From an uncultured Clostridia bacterium (lineage in GTDB: Bacteria > Bacillota > Clostridia > Christensenellales > CAMQZB01): DNA of 64,000 bases. The DNA is taken from positions 5,991 through 69,990 of the forward strand of contig CAMQZB010000008.1 of NCBI GenBank assembly GCA_947039455.1. Direction: 5' to 3'. Shown in pieces: positions 50,251 to 58,804 of this stretch. The notes beneath the pieces were generated by a model. That model saw nothing but the letters and a program-made list of their open reading frames with translations. It ran no database searches and was not told the origin of the DNA. Within the stretch, counting starts at the first letter, position 1; each line of letters starts with the position of its first letter. Made by a program: the position numbers and the translations under genes.

Positions 50251-50362
50251 TTTTTTAGGTGAGTGAAATGGGGCTATTCGCCCCAAACCCCAACAAGGAG
50301 CAAGGCCCCTTGACCCGTTTTTTGGGGAGGTGTTTTTGTGGGGAACGGCAATTTTTTTAGTG
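50251..50362 (+). repeat. GC-rich multi-hairpin repeat, copy B
   Basis: TTTTTAGGTGAGTGAAATGGGGCTATTCGCCCCAAACCCCAACAAGGAGCAAGGCCCCTTGACCC...GGGAAC. Confidence 0.9.
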
Positions 50363-50375
50363 GTTTTTGTGTGGA

Positions 50376-50484
50376 TTTTTTAGGTGAGTGAAATGGGGCT
50401 GTTCGCCCCAAACCCCAACAAGGAGCAAGGCCCCTTGACCCGTTTTTGGGTGGTGATTTTTTTTGGGAACGACATTTTTTTAGT
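50376..50484 (+). repeat. GC-rich multi-hairpin repeat, copy C (tandem with B, 125 bp period)
   Basis: Near-identical to copy B. Confidence 0.9.
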
Positions 50485-50547
50485 AGTTAGTTGCTTTTGT
50501 TTACTGAGCATTGCTTGGTTTATTGATAATCTATAATGGAGGATAAT

Positions 50548-50958
50548 ATGGATAAAAGAATTATTTCAGAGAGAAAAGAGTTTTTCAGTAGTGATATTGC
50601 TGATGTGTGGGATATTATCACCAATGTTTACGACAGTAGTTGGCGAAGTGATATTAAAAAAACAGTGGCTAGTCATGACGGCAAGTCTTTCGTTGAAGTT
50701 ACCGAGAAAGGGTTTGAGACAACTTTTATTGTTGCTCAAAAGGTGAAAAACCAATGCTTTGAACTAACATTCAAAAATAAAAACATGCACGGCAGATTCT
50801 TTTCAGAATACAAAGAAGTTGGCTCAGGTTGTGAAGTAACTTTCACCGAAACGGTTTTTCTAAACAATTTTTTCATGAAACTTCTAGCTATCCCCTACCT
50901 AAAAGCACAACAAAAAAAATACTGCAAAGACATAAAAAAAGCATTAAATGAAATTTAA
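50548..50958 (+). CDS. SRPBCC/polyketide cyclase-like protein
   Basis: DVWDIIT, SWRSDI, FKNKNMHG, TFTE and YLKAQQKKY; SD GGAGG. Confidence 0.7.
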   Translation: MDKRIISERKEFFSSDIADVWDIITNVYDSSWRSDIKKTVASHDGKSFVEVTEKGFETTFIVAQKVKNQCFELTFKNKNMHGRFFSEYKEVGSGCEVTFTETVFLNNFFMKLLAIPYLKAQQKKYCKDIKKALNEI

Positions 50959-50981
50959 TGCTTTTTTCTTTTTCTTTTTGG

Positions 50982-51100
50982 TTTTTTTAGGTAAGGGAAA
51001 TGGGGCTATTCGCCCAAACCCCAACAAGGAGCAAAGCCCCTTGACCCATTCGTGGGTGTGGATTTTTTGTGGGAAACACACTTTTTACTAGCTTTCTTAG
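50982..51100 (+). repeat. GC-rich multi-hairpin repeat, copy D
   Basis: TTAGGTAAGGGAAATGGGGCTATTCGCCCAAACCCCAACAAGGAGCAAAGCCCCTTGACCC...CTTTCTTAG. Confidence 0.88.
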
Positions 51101-51110
51101 ATTTGTTAGA

Positions 51111-51365
51111 TTAAATATTTTGGTTCAGCCATGCAATGAATAGATAGACATGATAAAGTAAAATGGCATAGATTTCGCTATCAGAATTGATAAGTTCTTT
51201 ATCAACTATAACTTTATCGTTATCACACATTTCAACAAATGCGTTGAATTTCGCTTTCATGGTTTTCAATTTTGGGTCAAGCAAAATTAATTCTTGCTCT
51301 AGTTCTTCATTGAGAATATCTAAATACTCATCATATAACATATCGCCTTTCATTATCTTTTTCAT
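51111..51365 (-). CDS. Small acidic hypothetical protein divergent from an XRE regulator
   Basis: SD AAGGAG before ATG 51365; 84 aa. Confidence 0.6.
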   Translation of the reverse strand: MKKIMKGDMLYDEYLDILNEELEQELILLDPKLKTMKAKFNAFVEMCDNDKVIVDKELINSDSEIYAILLYHVYLFIAWLNQNI

Positions 51366-51382
51366 AAATGCTCCTTTAACTG

Positions 51383-51449
51383 TAAGTCATTATTGACTTA
51401 ACATTATTGTATCAAGTCATTATTGGATTGTCAACTCAAATTTGACTTG
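51383..51449. promoter_or_regulatory. Three related 18 bp palindromic operators between divergent genes
   Basis: TAAGTCATTATTGACTTA (51383), CAAGTCATTATTGGATTG (51413), CAACTCAAATTTGACTTG (51432). Confidence 0.65.
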
Positions 51450-51468
51450 ATTGTGATATTATGACAGT

Positions 51469-51693
51469 ATGAAAAAATATTTTTACAAAAATTTAATAGA
51501 ATTGAGAACGGATAAAAACATTTCTCAATTAGAACTTTCTAAACTTGTTGATGTCTCACAATCTTCAATTGCACGGTGGGAGTTGAACATATCTCAGCCA
51601 AAAGTTGATGACATAATAAAGCTAGCACAGTTTTTTAATGTTTCTACTGATAATTTGCTGGGTATTGATGATGAGTTCGGAGAAAATTTTTAA
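51469..51693 (+). CDS. XRE/Cro-CI family HTH regulator, probably leaderless
   Basis: LRTDKNISQLELSK...SIARWE...P...LAQFFNVSTDNLLG; TGnTATTAT ends 7 nt before the ATG. Confidence 0.88.
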   Translation: MKKYFYKNLIELRTDKNISQLELSKLVDVSQSSIARWELNISQPKVDDIIKLAQFFNVSTDNLLGIDDEFGENF

Positions 51694-51941
51694 TGGTAAT
51701 CGTGAATGGTGTAGTAGAGTTTTCAAATTATTTCAAAATAAGATTAAAGCAGTTGCGGACAGGGAAAGGTCTTTCTCAAAAGCAATTGGCGGAAATTTTA
51801 TCAATACCGCAAAGTACATATGCAAACTGGGAGTAAGGAAGAAGAGAACCAAGCGTGTATGATATTTATAACCTTTTGATTGCGTTAGAAGTAGACCCAA
51901 ATGAATTGTTTGGTTGGGACGAAAATGGTTCAATCAGCTAA
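51693..51941 (+). pseudogene. XRE HTH regulator interrupted by an in-frame stop
   Basis: TAATG coupling; RLKQLRTGKGLSQKQLAEILSIPQSTYANWE*GRREPS...LEVDPNELFG; TAA at 51834-51836. Confidence 0.8.
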
Positions 51942-51964
51942 ATAATAAAACGCATAAAACCCAA

Positions 51965-52079
51965 CTAAGAAAGTCAACAAAAGTGCGTTCCCCACAAAAA
52001 ATCACCACCCAAAAACGGGTCAAGGGGCTTTGCTCCTTGTTGGGGTTTGGGGCGAATAGCCCCATTTCACTTACCTAAA
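51965..52079 (-). repeat. GC-rich multi-hairpin repeat, copy E (inverted relative to D)
   Basis: Reverse complement matches copies B-D over ~115 bp. Confidence 0.9.
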
Positions 52080-52090
52080 TAACAAAACAA

Positions 52091-52124
52091 AAAAAAGCGT
52101 GTATCGAGAAATCGATACACGCTT
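52091..52124 (-). terminator. Rho-independent terminator after PFOR gene
   Basis: AAGCGTGTATCGA...TCGATACACGCTT with an A run on the left. Confidence 0.85.
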
Positions 52125-52157
52125 AATTTATTTAATTATTTAATAAATAACCAGAGA

Positions 52158-55100
52158 TTATTTACTAGCTTTAGTTTTGTAAGTTGCAAGTCTAACAGCA
52201 GCATCGCTTTCAGCTCTTTCGAACAACTCAGCAGCGATAGCAGGACGAGCCTTCAATAAAGAAGAGTATCTAGTTTCGCTTCCGATGAAGTCTTGATAAG
52301 AAGCTGTAGGATCTTTAGAATCCAAAGTGAACGGGTTCACATCGTCAGCAACTGAAGGATTGAATCTGTACATATTCCAGTAACCAGCTTCAACGGCACG
52401 TTTTTCTTCCAATTGAGTTTTGCTCATATTGATACCATGACTGATACAAGGAGCGTAGCAAATGATAAGTGAAGGACCATCATAAGCCTCAGCCTCAGTG
52501 ATAGCTTTTACGAATTGAGTTTGGTTAGCGCCCATTGAACATTGTGCAACGTAAACATAACCGTAACTCATAGCCATCATACCAAGGTCTTTTTTCTTAA
52601 CACGTTTACCAGCGGCAGCGAATTTCGCTACTGAACCAGTAGGAGTAGCTTTTGAAGCTTGACCACCAGTGTTAGAATAGATTTCAGTATCAACAACAAG
52701 AACGTTAACATCTTCGTCCATAGCAAGAACGTGGTCAAGACCACCGTAACCGATGTCATAAGCCCAACCGTCTCCACCGAAGATCCAGATAGATTTTTTA
52801 ACTAGGCAGTCGTCGCATTTTTCGATTTCAGCCATAAGTCTAGCAAGTTCACCGTCGTATTTCTTACCATAAGTAGCACGAATTCTTTCAGCGGCAACTT
52901 TAGATTGCTCAGCATCACGTTTGTTTTCGAACCAGAAAGTGTAAGCAGCAGCAGTATCAGCATCAACGCCAAGCTCAATAGCTTTTTGCATATCTTCTAC
53001 AAGGTTTTGACGACGAGTAGCGTATGACAAGTTGATTCCGTAACCGAATTCGGCATTATCTTCGAACAAAGAGTTAGCCCAAGCAGGACCGTGACCTTTA
53101 TCGTTAGTAGTGTAAGGACAAGTCGGAGCTGAACCACCGTAGATTGAAGTACAACCTGTAGCGTTAGCAATGATCATTCTTTCACCGAATAATTGAGTGA
53201 TAACTTTGATGTAAGGAGTTTCTCCACAACCAGCACAAGCACCTGAGAACTCAAACAAAGGTTGTTCGAATTGAGAACCTTTAACAGTGTTTTTGTTTTC
53301 TGGGTTAGCAACTTGAGTAGCTGCTATAGAGTAGTTGTAGTTAGCTTCTTCAGAAGCAAGAGCTTCGTCGAAAGCCACCATAGTCAAAGCAGTTTCTTTA
53401 GCAGGACAAGTGTTAGCACAAACGCCACAACCTGTACAATCAAGAGGAGAAACTTGGATTCTGTATTTTCCGCCCTCAACTGATTTGCTTCTGTAATCAA
53501 GAGTTTCGAATGAAGCAGGTGCGCCAGAAAGATCAGTAGCTAAGAAAGGTCTGATACAAGCATGAGGACACACGAATGAACATTGGTTACATTGAATACA
53601 TTTGTCTTTGTCCCACATTGGAACATAAGAAGCGATACCACGTTTTTCGAATTGCGTAGTAGCAGTTGGAACAGTTCCGTCAGCGTTGAAAGCTGAAACT
53701 GGAAGTGAGTCACCTTCTTGAGACAAGATAGGGTGAACGAATTGTTTGAAGTATTCGTCATTAGCAAGCTCAGGAGATGGAGCACCAGTTGTAATAGTAG
53801 CCCATGATTCTGGGTAGTTAATTTCAACTAGGTGAGAAATAGCAAGATCGATAGCATCGCAGTTCATTTGAACAACTTTGTCACCTTTTTTGCCGTATGA
53901 TTTCTTAACTGCAGCTTTCATGTAATCTGAAGCCTCAGCGTAAGGAATAACGTCAGCGATTTTGAAGAAAGCTGCTTGCATTACACCGTTGATTCTGTTT
54001 CCAAGACCAACTTTCTCAGTAACTTCAAGTGCGTTAAGGTTGTAAAGTTTGATTTTCTTAGTAGCGATAATGTTTTTAACTGATGCAGGAAGGTTAGCTT
54101 CCATGTCTTCTAAAGTATTCCATTTAGAGTTCATAAGGAAAGAACCGTTATCACGCAAGTCAGAAACCATGTCGTATCTAGTTATGTATGATGGGTTGTG
54201 GCAAGCAACGAAATCAGAAGTATCGATAAGATAAGTTGATTTGATTGGAGCTTTTCCGAATCTCAAGTGAGAGATAGTTAAACCACCAGATTTTTTTGAA
54301 TCGTAAGCAAAGTAACCTTGAACATAAAGATCAGTGTGGTCACCAATGATTTTGATTGAGTTTTTGTTAGCACCTACAGTACCGTCAGAACCTAGACCGT
54401 AGAATTTGCAACGAATGTTTCCAACTGGAGAAGCGTCGATTTTCTTAGGTGTAGGAAGCGAAGTGTGTGTAACGTCATCGTTGATACCAACAGTGAAATG
54501 GTTTTTAGGGCAACATTCAGTCATGTTGTCATAAATTCCTTTAATCATTGAAGGAGTGAACTCTTTTGAACCAAGACCGTATCTACCACCAACAACTTTA
54601 ATGTCGTTTAATCCGTTTTCACGAAGTGCAGTACAAACGTCTAAGTATAAAGGCTCGCCGATTGAACCAGGCTCTTTAGTTCTGTCAAGAACAGAAATAA
54701 CTTTACAAGTTTTTGGAATAGCTTTGATGAAAGCATCAACAGCGAAAGGACGGTAAAGTCTAACTTTGATAATACCAACTTTCTCTCCAGTTGAAGCCAA
54801 ATGATCAATAGTTTCTTCAATAGTATCAGTAGAAGAACCCATAGAAATGATTACTCTTTCAGCATCAGGTGCACCAACGTAATCAAATAGGTTGTAGTTT
54901 CTACCAGTAAGTTTTGAAACTTGAGCCATGTATTTTTCAACAATAGCAGGCATAGCGTTGTAATATTTATTAGCGCCCTCACGGTTTTGGAAATAAATAT
55001 CAGCGTTTTGAGCAGTACCAGCTTGGTGTGGGTGCTCAGGATTCAATGCGCGAGCTCTGAAATCGTCAACGTATTTAGTATCAACTAAATTTTTGATATC

Positions 55101-55664
55101 ATCATAATCGATCATTTCGATTTTAGAAACTTCATGAGAAGTTCTGAAACCGTCGAAGAAATGTAGTACTGGAACTTTTGCTTCTAAAGTAGTAAGATGA
55201 GAAACCAAAGCCAAATCCATAACTTCTTGAACAGAGCCAGAAGCGATCATAGCAAAACCAGTGTTACGGCAAGCCATAACGTCTGAGTGATCACCAAAAA
55301 TGTTCAAAGCGTGAGCAGCTAAAGCTCTTGCACTTACGTGGAATACGCAAGGAAGAAGTTCACCACTGATCTTGTACATATTAGGAATCATCAAAAGCAA
55401 ACCTTGTGATGCTGTGAATGTAGAAGTCAATGCGCCAGCTTTAAGTGAACCGTGAACGGCTCCAGCAGCACCTGCTTCTGATTGCATTTCTGCAAGTCTT
55501 AGTTTGTGTCCGAATACGTTCACTCTGCCGTTGGCAGCCCACTCATCAGCGACTTCCGCCATTGGTGAAGAAGGTGTGATTGGGTAGATAGCAGCAACAT
55601 CTGAAAACGCATAAGCGATATGAGATGCAGCAGTATTACCATCAATAGTCATCTTAGTACTCAT
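52158..55664 (-). CDS. nifJ: Pyruvate:ferredoxin (flavodoxin) oxidoreductase
   Basis: AIYPITPS, QSEAGAAG, GGRYGLGSK, two 4Fe-4S motifs, GACAGCGE and GGDGWAYDIG; 1168 aa. Confidence 0.97.
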   Translation of the reverse strand: MSTKMTIDGNTAASHIAYAFSDVAAIYPITPSSPMAEVADEWAANGRVNVFGHKLRLAEMQSEAGAAGAVHGSLKAGALTSTFTASQGLLLMIPNMYKISGELLPCVFHVSARALAAHALNIFGDHSDVMACRNTGFAMIASGSVQEVMDLALVSHLTTLEAKVPVLHFFDGFRTSHEVSKIEMIDYDDIKNLVDTKYVDDFRARALNPEHPHQAGTAQNADIYFQNREGANKYYNAMPAIVEKYMAQVSKLTGRNYNLFDYVGAPDAERVIISMGSSTDTIEETIDHLASTGEKVGIIKVRLYRPFAVDAFIKAIPKTCKVISVLDRTKEPGSIGEPLYLDVCTALRENGLNDIKVVGGRYGLGSKEFTPSMIKGIYDNMTECCPKNHFTVGINDDVTHTSLPTPKKIDASPVGNIRCKFYGLGSDGTVGANKNSIKIIGDHTDLYVQGYFAYDSKKSGGLTISHLRFGKAPIKSTYLIDTSDFVACHNPSYITRYDMVSDLRDNGSFLMNSKWNTLEDMEANLPASVKNIIATKKIKLYNLNALEVTEKVGLGNRINGVMQAAFFKIADVIPYAEASDYMKAAVKKSYGKKGDKVVQMNCDAIDLAISHLVEINYPESWATITTGAPSPELANDEYFKQFVHPILSQEGDSLPVSAFNADGTVPTATTQFEKRGIASYVPMWDKDKCIQCNQCSFVCPHACIRPFLATDLSGAPASFETLDYRSKSVEGGKYRIQVSPLDCTGCGVCANTCPAKETALTMVAFDEALASEEANYNYSIAATQVANPENKNTVKGSQFEQPLFEFSGACAGCGETPYIKVITQLFGERMIIANATGCTSIYGGSAPTCPYTTNDKGHGPAWANSLFEDNAEFGYGINLSYATRRQNLVEDMQKAIELGVDADTAAAYTFWFENKRDAEQSKVAAERIRATYGKKYDGELARLMAEIEKCDDCLVKKSIWIFGGDGWAYDIGYGGLDHVLAMDEDVNVLVVDTEIYSNTGGQASKATPTGSVAKFAAAGKRVKKKDLGMMAMSYGYVYVAQCSMGANQTQFVKAITEAEAYDGPSLIICYAPCISHGINMSKTQLEEKRAVEAGYWNMYRFNPSVADDVNPFTLDSKDPTASYQDFIGSETRYSSLLKARPAIAAELFERAESDAAVRLATYKTKASK

Positions 55665-55846
55665 TTTTATCCTCCAATAAATAGTATATATTTTTTAATC
55701 GGTGGCAAGACAATTTCTTTATCCACCATATATGAGTATAGAATGAAATGACAAAAAAGTCAAGTTAATAAATAAGTTTACATTGAAAACATATTATTTA
55801 TTTGGAAAATTTAAAGAAGGAAAATAGAAAAAATATATAAGCTATT

Positions 55847-56035
55847 TTATTTCCATAAATTTAACCACGCAGTTTCTGATTTTTCCAAAGCCTCTTTTTT
55901 TAATTTATCCAAAAACATAGTATCAATATCCACAGGAATACAACTAGAACACAAACCCAAATTATTAATGCAAACCTGCTCCAAACTACACTTATTCTTA
56001 TCACAATAAACACAAAATTTATTCTCACATCTCAT
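55847..56035 (-). CDS. Small Cys-rich hypothetical protein
   Basis: SD AAGGAG before ATG 56035; MRCENKFCVYCDKNKC...GLCSSCI. Confidence 0.65.
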   Translation of the reverse strand: MRCENKFCVYCDKNKCSLEQVCINNLGLCSSCIPVDIDTMFLDKLKKEALEKSETAWLNLWK

Positions 56036-56088
56036 AAATAATCTCCTTAAAAGTGGTATTTTTATTTTATTATAGCACACTATACTGT

Positions 56089-56112
56089 ATTAACTCAATG
56101 TAATGAGTTAAT
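56089..56112. promoter_or_regulatory. Palindromic operator candidate between divergent genes
   Basis: ATTAACTCA-ATGTAA-TGAGTTAAT. Confidence 0.5.
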
Positions 56113-56161
56113 ATTCTGCAAAAATTTATTAGAATATGAATAAAAGATATATGGAGAAATT

Positions 56162-56398
56162 ATGTTATTAATTCAATTAGTTGACAAAAGAATAGACGAA
56201 CTTTGTGATAAGTTCGCTGTAACAAGATATAAAATTGCGAAAAAAGCGGGAATGAATACTTCCACTTTAAGTGAAATTAAAAATTCTCAAACTATAAAAT
56301 TAGAAACTATTTTAATTATTTGCGATGCCTTAGAAATTACATTAAAGGAATTTTTCGAAAGCAGTCTTTTTGCTAGAGCAAATATAGACTTGCTTTAA
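56162..56398 (+). CDS. XRE family HTH regulator
   Basis: TRYKIAKKAGMNTSTLSEI...LETILIICDALEITLKEFF. Confidence 0.82.
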   Translation: MLLIQLVDKRIDELCDKFAVTRYKIAKKAGMNTSTLSEIKNSQTIKLETILIICDALEITLKEFFESSLFARANIDLL

Positions 56399-56419
56399 TT
56401 TAGATATAGGTAATTAATT

Positions 56420-56665
56420 ATGTATAAAAACAAAAATACAGACGGAACATTGAATATTTGTGGAAAGAAAATTAAAACTTTAAGAGCGTCACAATCACCA
56501 AAGGTTTCTCAAAGAATGTTTGCCGACAAACTTCAACTTCTTGGACTTGATTTAGACAAAAATGCTATTCAACGTATAGAGTGTGGTAAAAGATTTGTAA
56601 CGGATATCGAATTAGTTATAATTGCAAAAGCCTTTGAAATTTCCGTTGGAGAATTGCTAAGTTAG
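56420..56665 (+). CDS. XRE family HTH regulator
   Basis: NICGKKIKTLR...SQRMFADKLQLLGLD...IQRIECGKRFVTDIEL. Confidence 0.85.
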   Translation: MYKNKNTDGTLNICGKKIKTLRASQSPKVSQRMFADKLQLLGLDLDKNAIQRIECGKRFVTDIELVIIAKAFEISVGELLS

Positions 56666-56685
56666 CATTATATTGAGGTGAGAAA

Positions 56686-56916
56686 ATGAAAAAAGAAATT
56701 GATTATTATAAAGTGCTTGGCAGTAATGTTGCGTATTATAGGAAGAAATGTCACCTAACTCAAGAGGGACTTGCAATCAAAGCAAATATTTCTCGTACAC
56801 ATATAAGCCATATCGAAGCGGAAAACGTAGATAAGTCACCATCGCTAGATATTATATTTAAAATTGCAACTATTTTAAAAGTAGAACCTTTTGAACTTTT
56901 TAAGGAAAGAGATTAA
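56686..56916 (+). CDS. XRE family HTH regulator
   Basis: YYRKKCHLTQEGLAIKANISRTHISHIE...PSLDIIFKIA. Confidence 0.85.
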   Translation: MKKEIDYYKVLGSNVAYYRKKCHLTQEGLAIKANISRTHISHIEAENVDKSPSLDIIFKIATILKVEPFELFKERD

Positions 56917-57092
56917 TATAAAAAATCACAATATAAACACAGAAAAAATAGCGCCTTATATATAATGTAGGATTTTAGTATTAAATATAGCATAAATCAC
57001 ATTATATATTAGGTGCTATTTAGTTTATTAATTTGGGGTTATGTGTTATAATGTACCTTAGAAAATTATAATATTAAGCAAATGAGGTCCTA

Positions 57093-57932
57093 ATGACAGC
57101 TATAGAATTTAAAAATGTTGTTTTCTCTTACAGCGAAGACGGCGGAACTGAAAATAATATTGAACCAGCGGTAAAAGAGCTTTCCCTAACGATAGAACAG
57201 GGCGAGTTTATTGCGCTATGCGGACATAACGGTAGTGGAAAAAGCACCGTTGCTCGTCTTATGAATGGACTTTTGACGCCTAAAAGTGGCGAAGTTCTTG
57301 CATTTGGCGAAAGTACTCAAAATAAAAAGAAAATTTATGATATTAGAAAAGACGTGGGCATGATTTTTCAAAACCCTGACAATCAAATGATCGCAACTAT
57401 TGTTGAAGACGACATTGCATTTGGTCCTGAAAACATTGGATTGCCGAGAGAAGAAATCGGAAAACGTATTGATTTTGCACTTGGTGCTGTTGATATGTTG
57501 GAGTTCAAACAAGCATCACCATATAAATTATCTGGCGGACAAAAGCAAAGAATTGCAATCGCAGGTGTTCTTGCGGTGAAACCGAAAGTGTTAGTACTTG
57601 ACGAATCAACTGCAATGCTTGACCCAAAAGGAAGAAGAGAGATTTTTGATGTTATCAAGAGTTTAAATAAAGAAGGAATGACAATAATTCTAATAACTCA
57701 CTACATGGACGAAGCAGCGCTTTTTGATCGCATAATCGTACTTGACAACGGCAAATTAGCTATGGACGGTACGCCGAAAGAAGTTTTTGCTAGACAAACT
57801 GAGTTAGCTGAGATAGGTTTGAAGTTGCCACGTGCAACGAAATTAAATAGTTATTTCAAAGAAAATGGATTGGATTTAGGCGAAGTATTGTCTACCGATG
57901 AATTAATGGAGAAAATATGTCAATTAAAATAG
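57093..57932 (+). CDS. ecfA1: ECF transporter ATPase A
   Basis: GHNGSGKST, FQNPDNQ, LSGGQKQR and LDESTAMLD motifs. Confidence 0.93.
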   Translation: MTAIEFKNVVFSYSEDGGTENNIEPAVKELSLTIEQGEFIALCGHNGSGKSTVARLMNGLLTPKSGEVLAFGESTQNKKKIYDIRKDVGMIFQNPDNQMIATIVEDDIAFGPENIGLPREEIGKRIDFALGAVDMLEFKQASPYKLSGGQKQRIAIAGVLAVKPKVLVLDESTAMLDPKGRREIFDVIKSLNKEGMTIILITHYMDEAALFDRIIVLDNGKLAMDGTPKEVFARQTELAEIGLKLPRATKLNSYFKENGLDLGEVLSTDELMEKICQLK

Positions 57933-58804
57933 AGAATTTATCATTTATATATAATCCAAAAGGCGCTTTCAAAAAAGAAGCACTGAAAAACATCACCTTA
58001 ACTATAAATAAAGGGGAGTTTTTCGGCATAATCGGGCATACTGGTTCAGGAAAATCTACTTTAATTCAGCATTTTAACGCTCTTATCATGCCCCAATCAG
58101 GCACGTTAGAAGTGGCCGGTATTAAAGTTGTTGAAGGTTCGAAAGAGCTAAAATCTTTGCGTGCAAAATGTGGTATGGTTTTTCAATATCCTGAGTATCA
58201 ACTTTTCGGTGAAACGGTTGAAGAAGATATTGCTTTTGGTTTAATTAACTTTATTGGAAAGAAAACTGAAAAAAATCCAAGTGGTTTAACTGACCAAGAG
58301 ATTAAAGAAAGAGTGAAAGAAGCAATGGAGCTTGTGGGATTGTCTTACAACGAATTTGCAATGCGTTCTCCTTTCCAATTATCAGGTGGACAAAAAAGAA
58401 GGGTTGCTATTGCGGGAATTATCGTAACGAAACCTGAAATTTTAATTTTGGACGAGCCTTCAAGCGGTCTTGACCCTAAAGGTAAACAAGAAATTTTGCA
58501 ACTTATTAGAAACCTAAAAGAAACAACTTCTGATACTATAATTATGATTTCCCACGACATGGACGAGATAGCGGAAAACTGCTCAAGAGTTGCAGTGATT
58601 GCAAAAGGTGAAATCGTAATGTGTATGTCGCCAGAAGAATTATTTACCCACGAAGAAGCATTGGTTGGGCTGTCACTTGACATTCCAATCGTAGCAAAAG
58701 TGAGAAACGCACTTGCCCTAAAAGGCATTGATGTGCCATACAATAGGGATTACAAAGTATTCGCAAAAACCGTAGCGGAAAAAATTGCTGGAGGTGCGAA
58801 ATAA
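57917..58804 (+). CDS. ecfA2: ECF transporter ATPase A'
   Basis: GHTGSGKST, FQYPEYQLF and SPFQLSGGQKRR motifs. Confidence 0.93.
   Translation: MSIKIENLSFIYNPKGAFKKEALKNITLTINKGEFFGIIGHTGSGKSTLIQHFNALIMPQSGTLEVAGIKVVEGSKELKSLRAKCGMVFQYPEYQLFGETVEEDIAFGLINFIGKKTEKNPSGLTDQEIKERVKEAMELVGLSYNEFAMRSPFQLSGGQKRRVAIAGIIVTKPEILILDEPSSGLDPKGKQEILQLIRNLKETTSDTIIMISHDMDEIAENCSRVAVIAKGEIVMCMSPEELFTHEEALVGLSLDIPIVAKVRNALALKGIDVPYNRDYKVFAKTVAEKIAGGAK

Noticed and set aside
50251-50484. CRISPR repeats or tRNA genes
   Set aside because: Near-complete 125 bp tandem duplication without unique spacers; no cloverleaf or T-loop context
51638-51862. 74 aa plus-strand ORF in the track
   Set aside because: Wrong frame; the real coding signal is the interrupted XRE gene starting at 51693
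51100-56916. Prophage
   Set aside because: Only small HTH and hypothetical genes around housekeeping nifJ; no integrase, structural or replication genes
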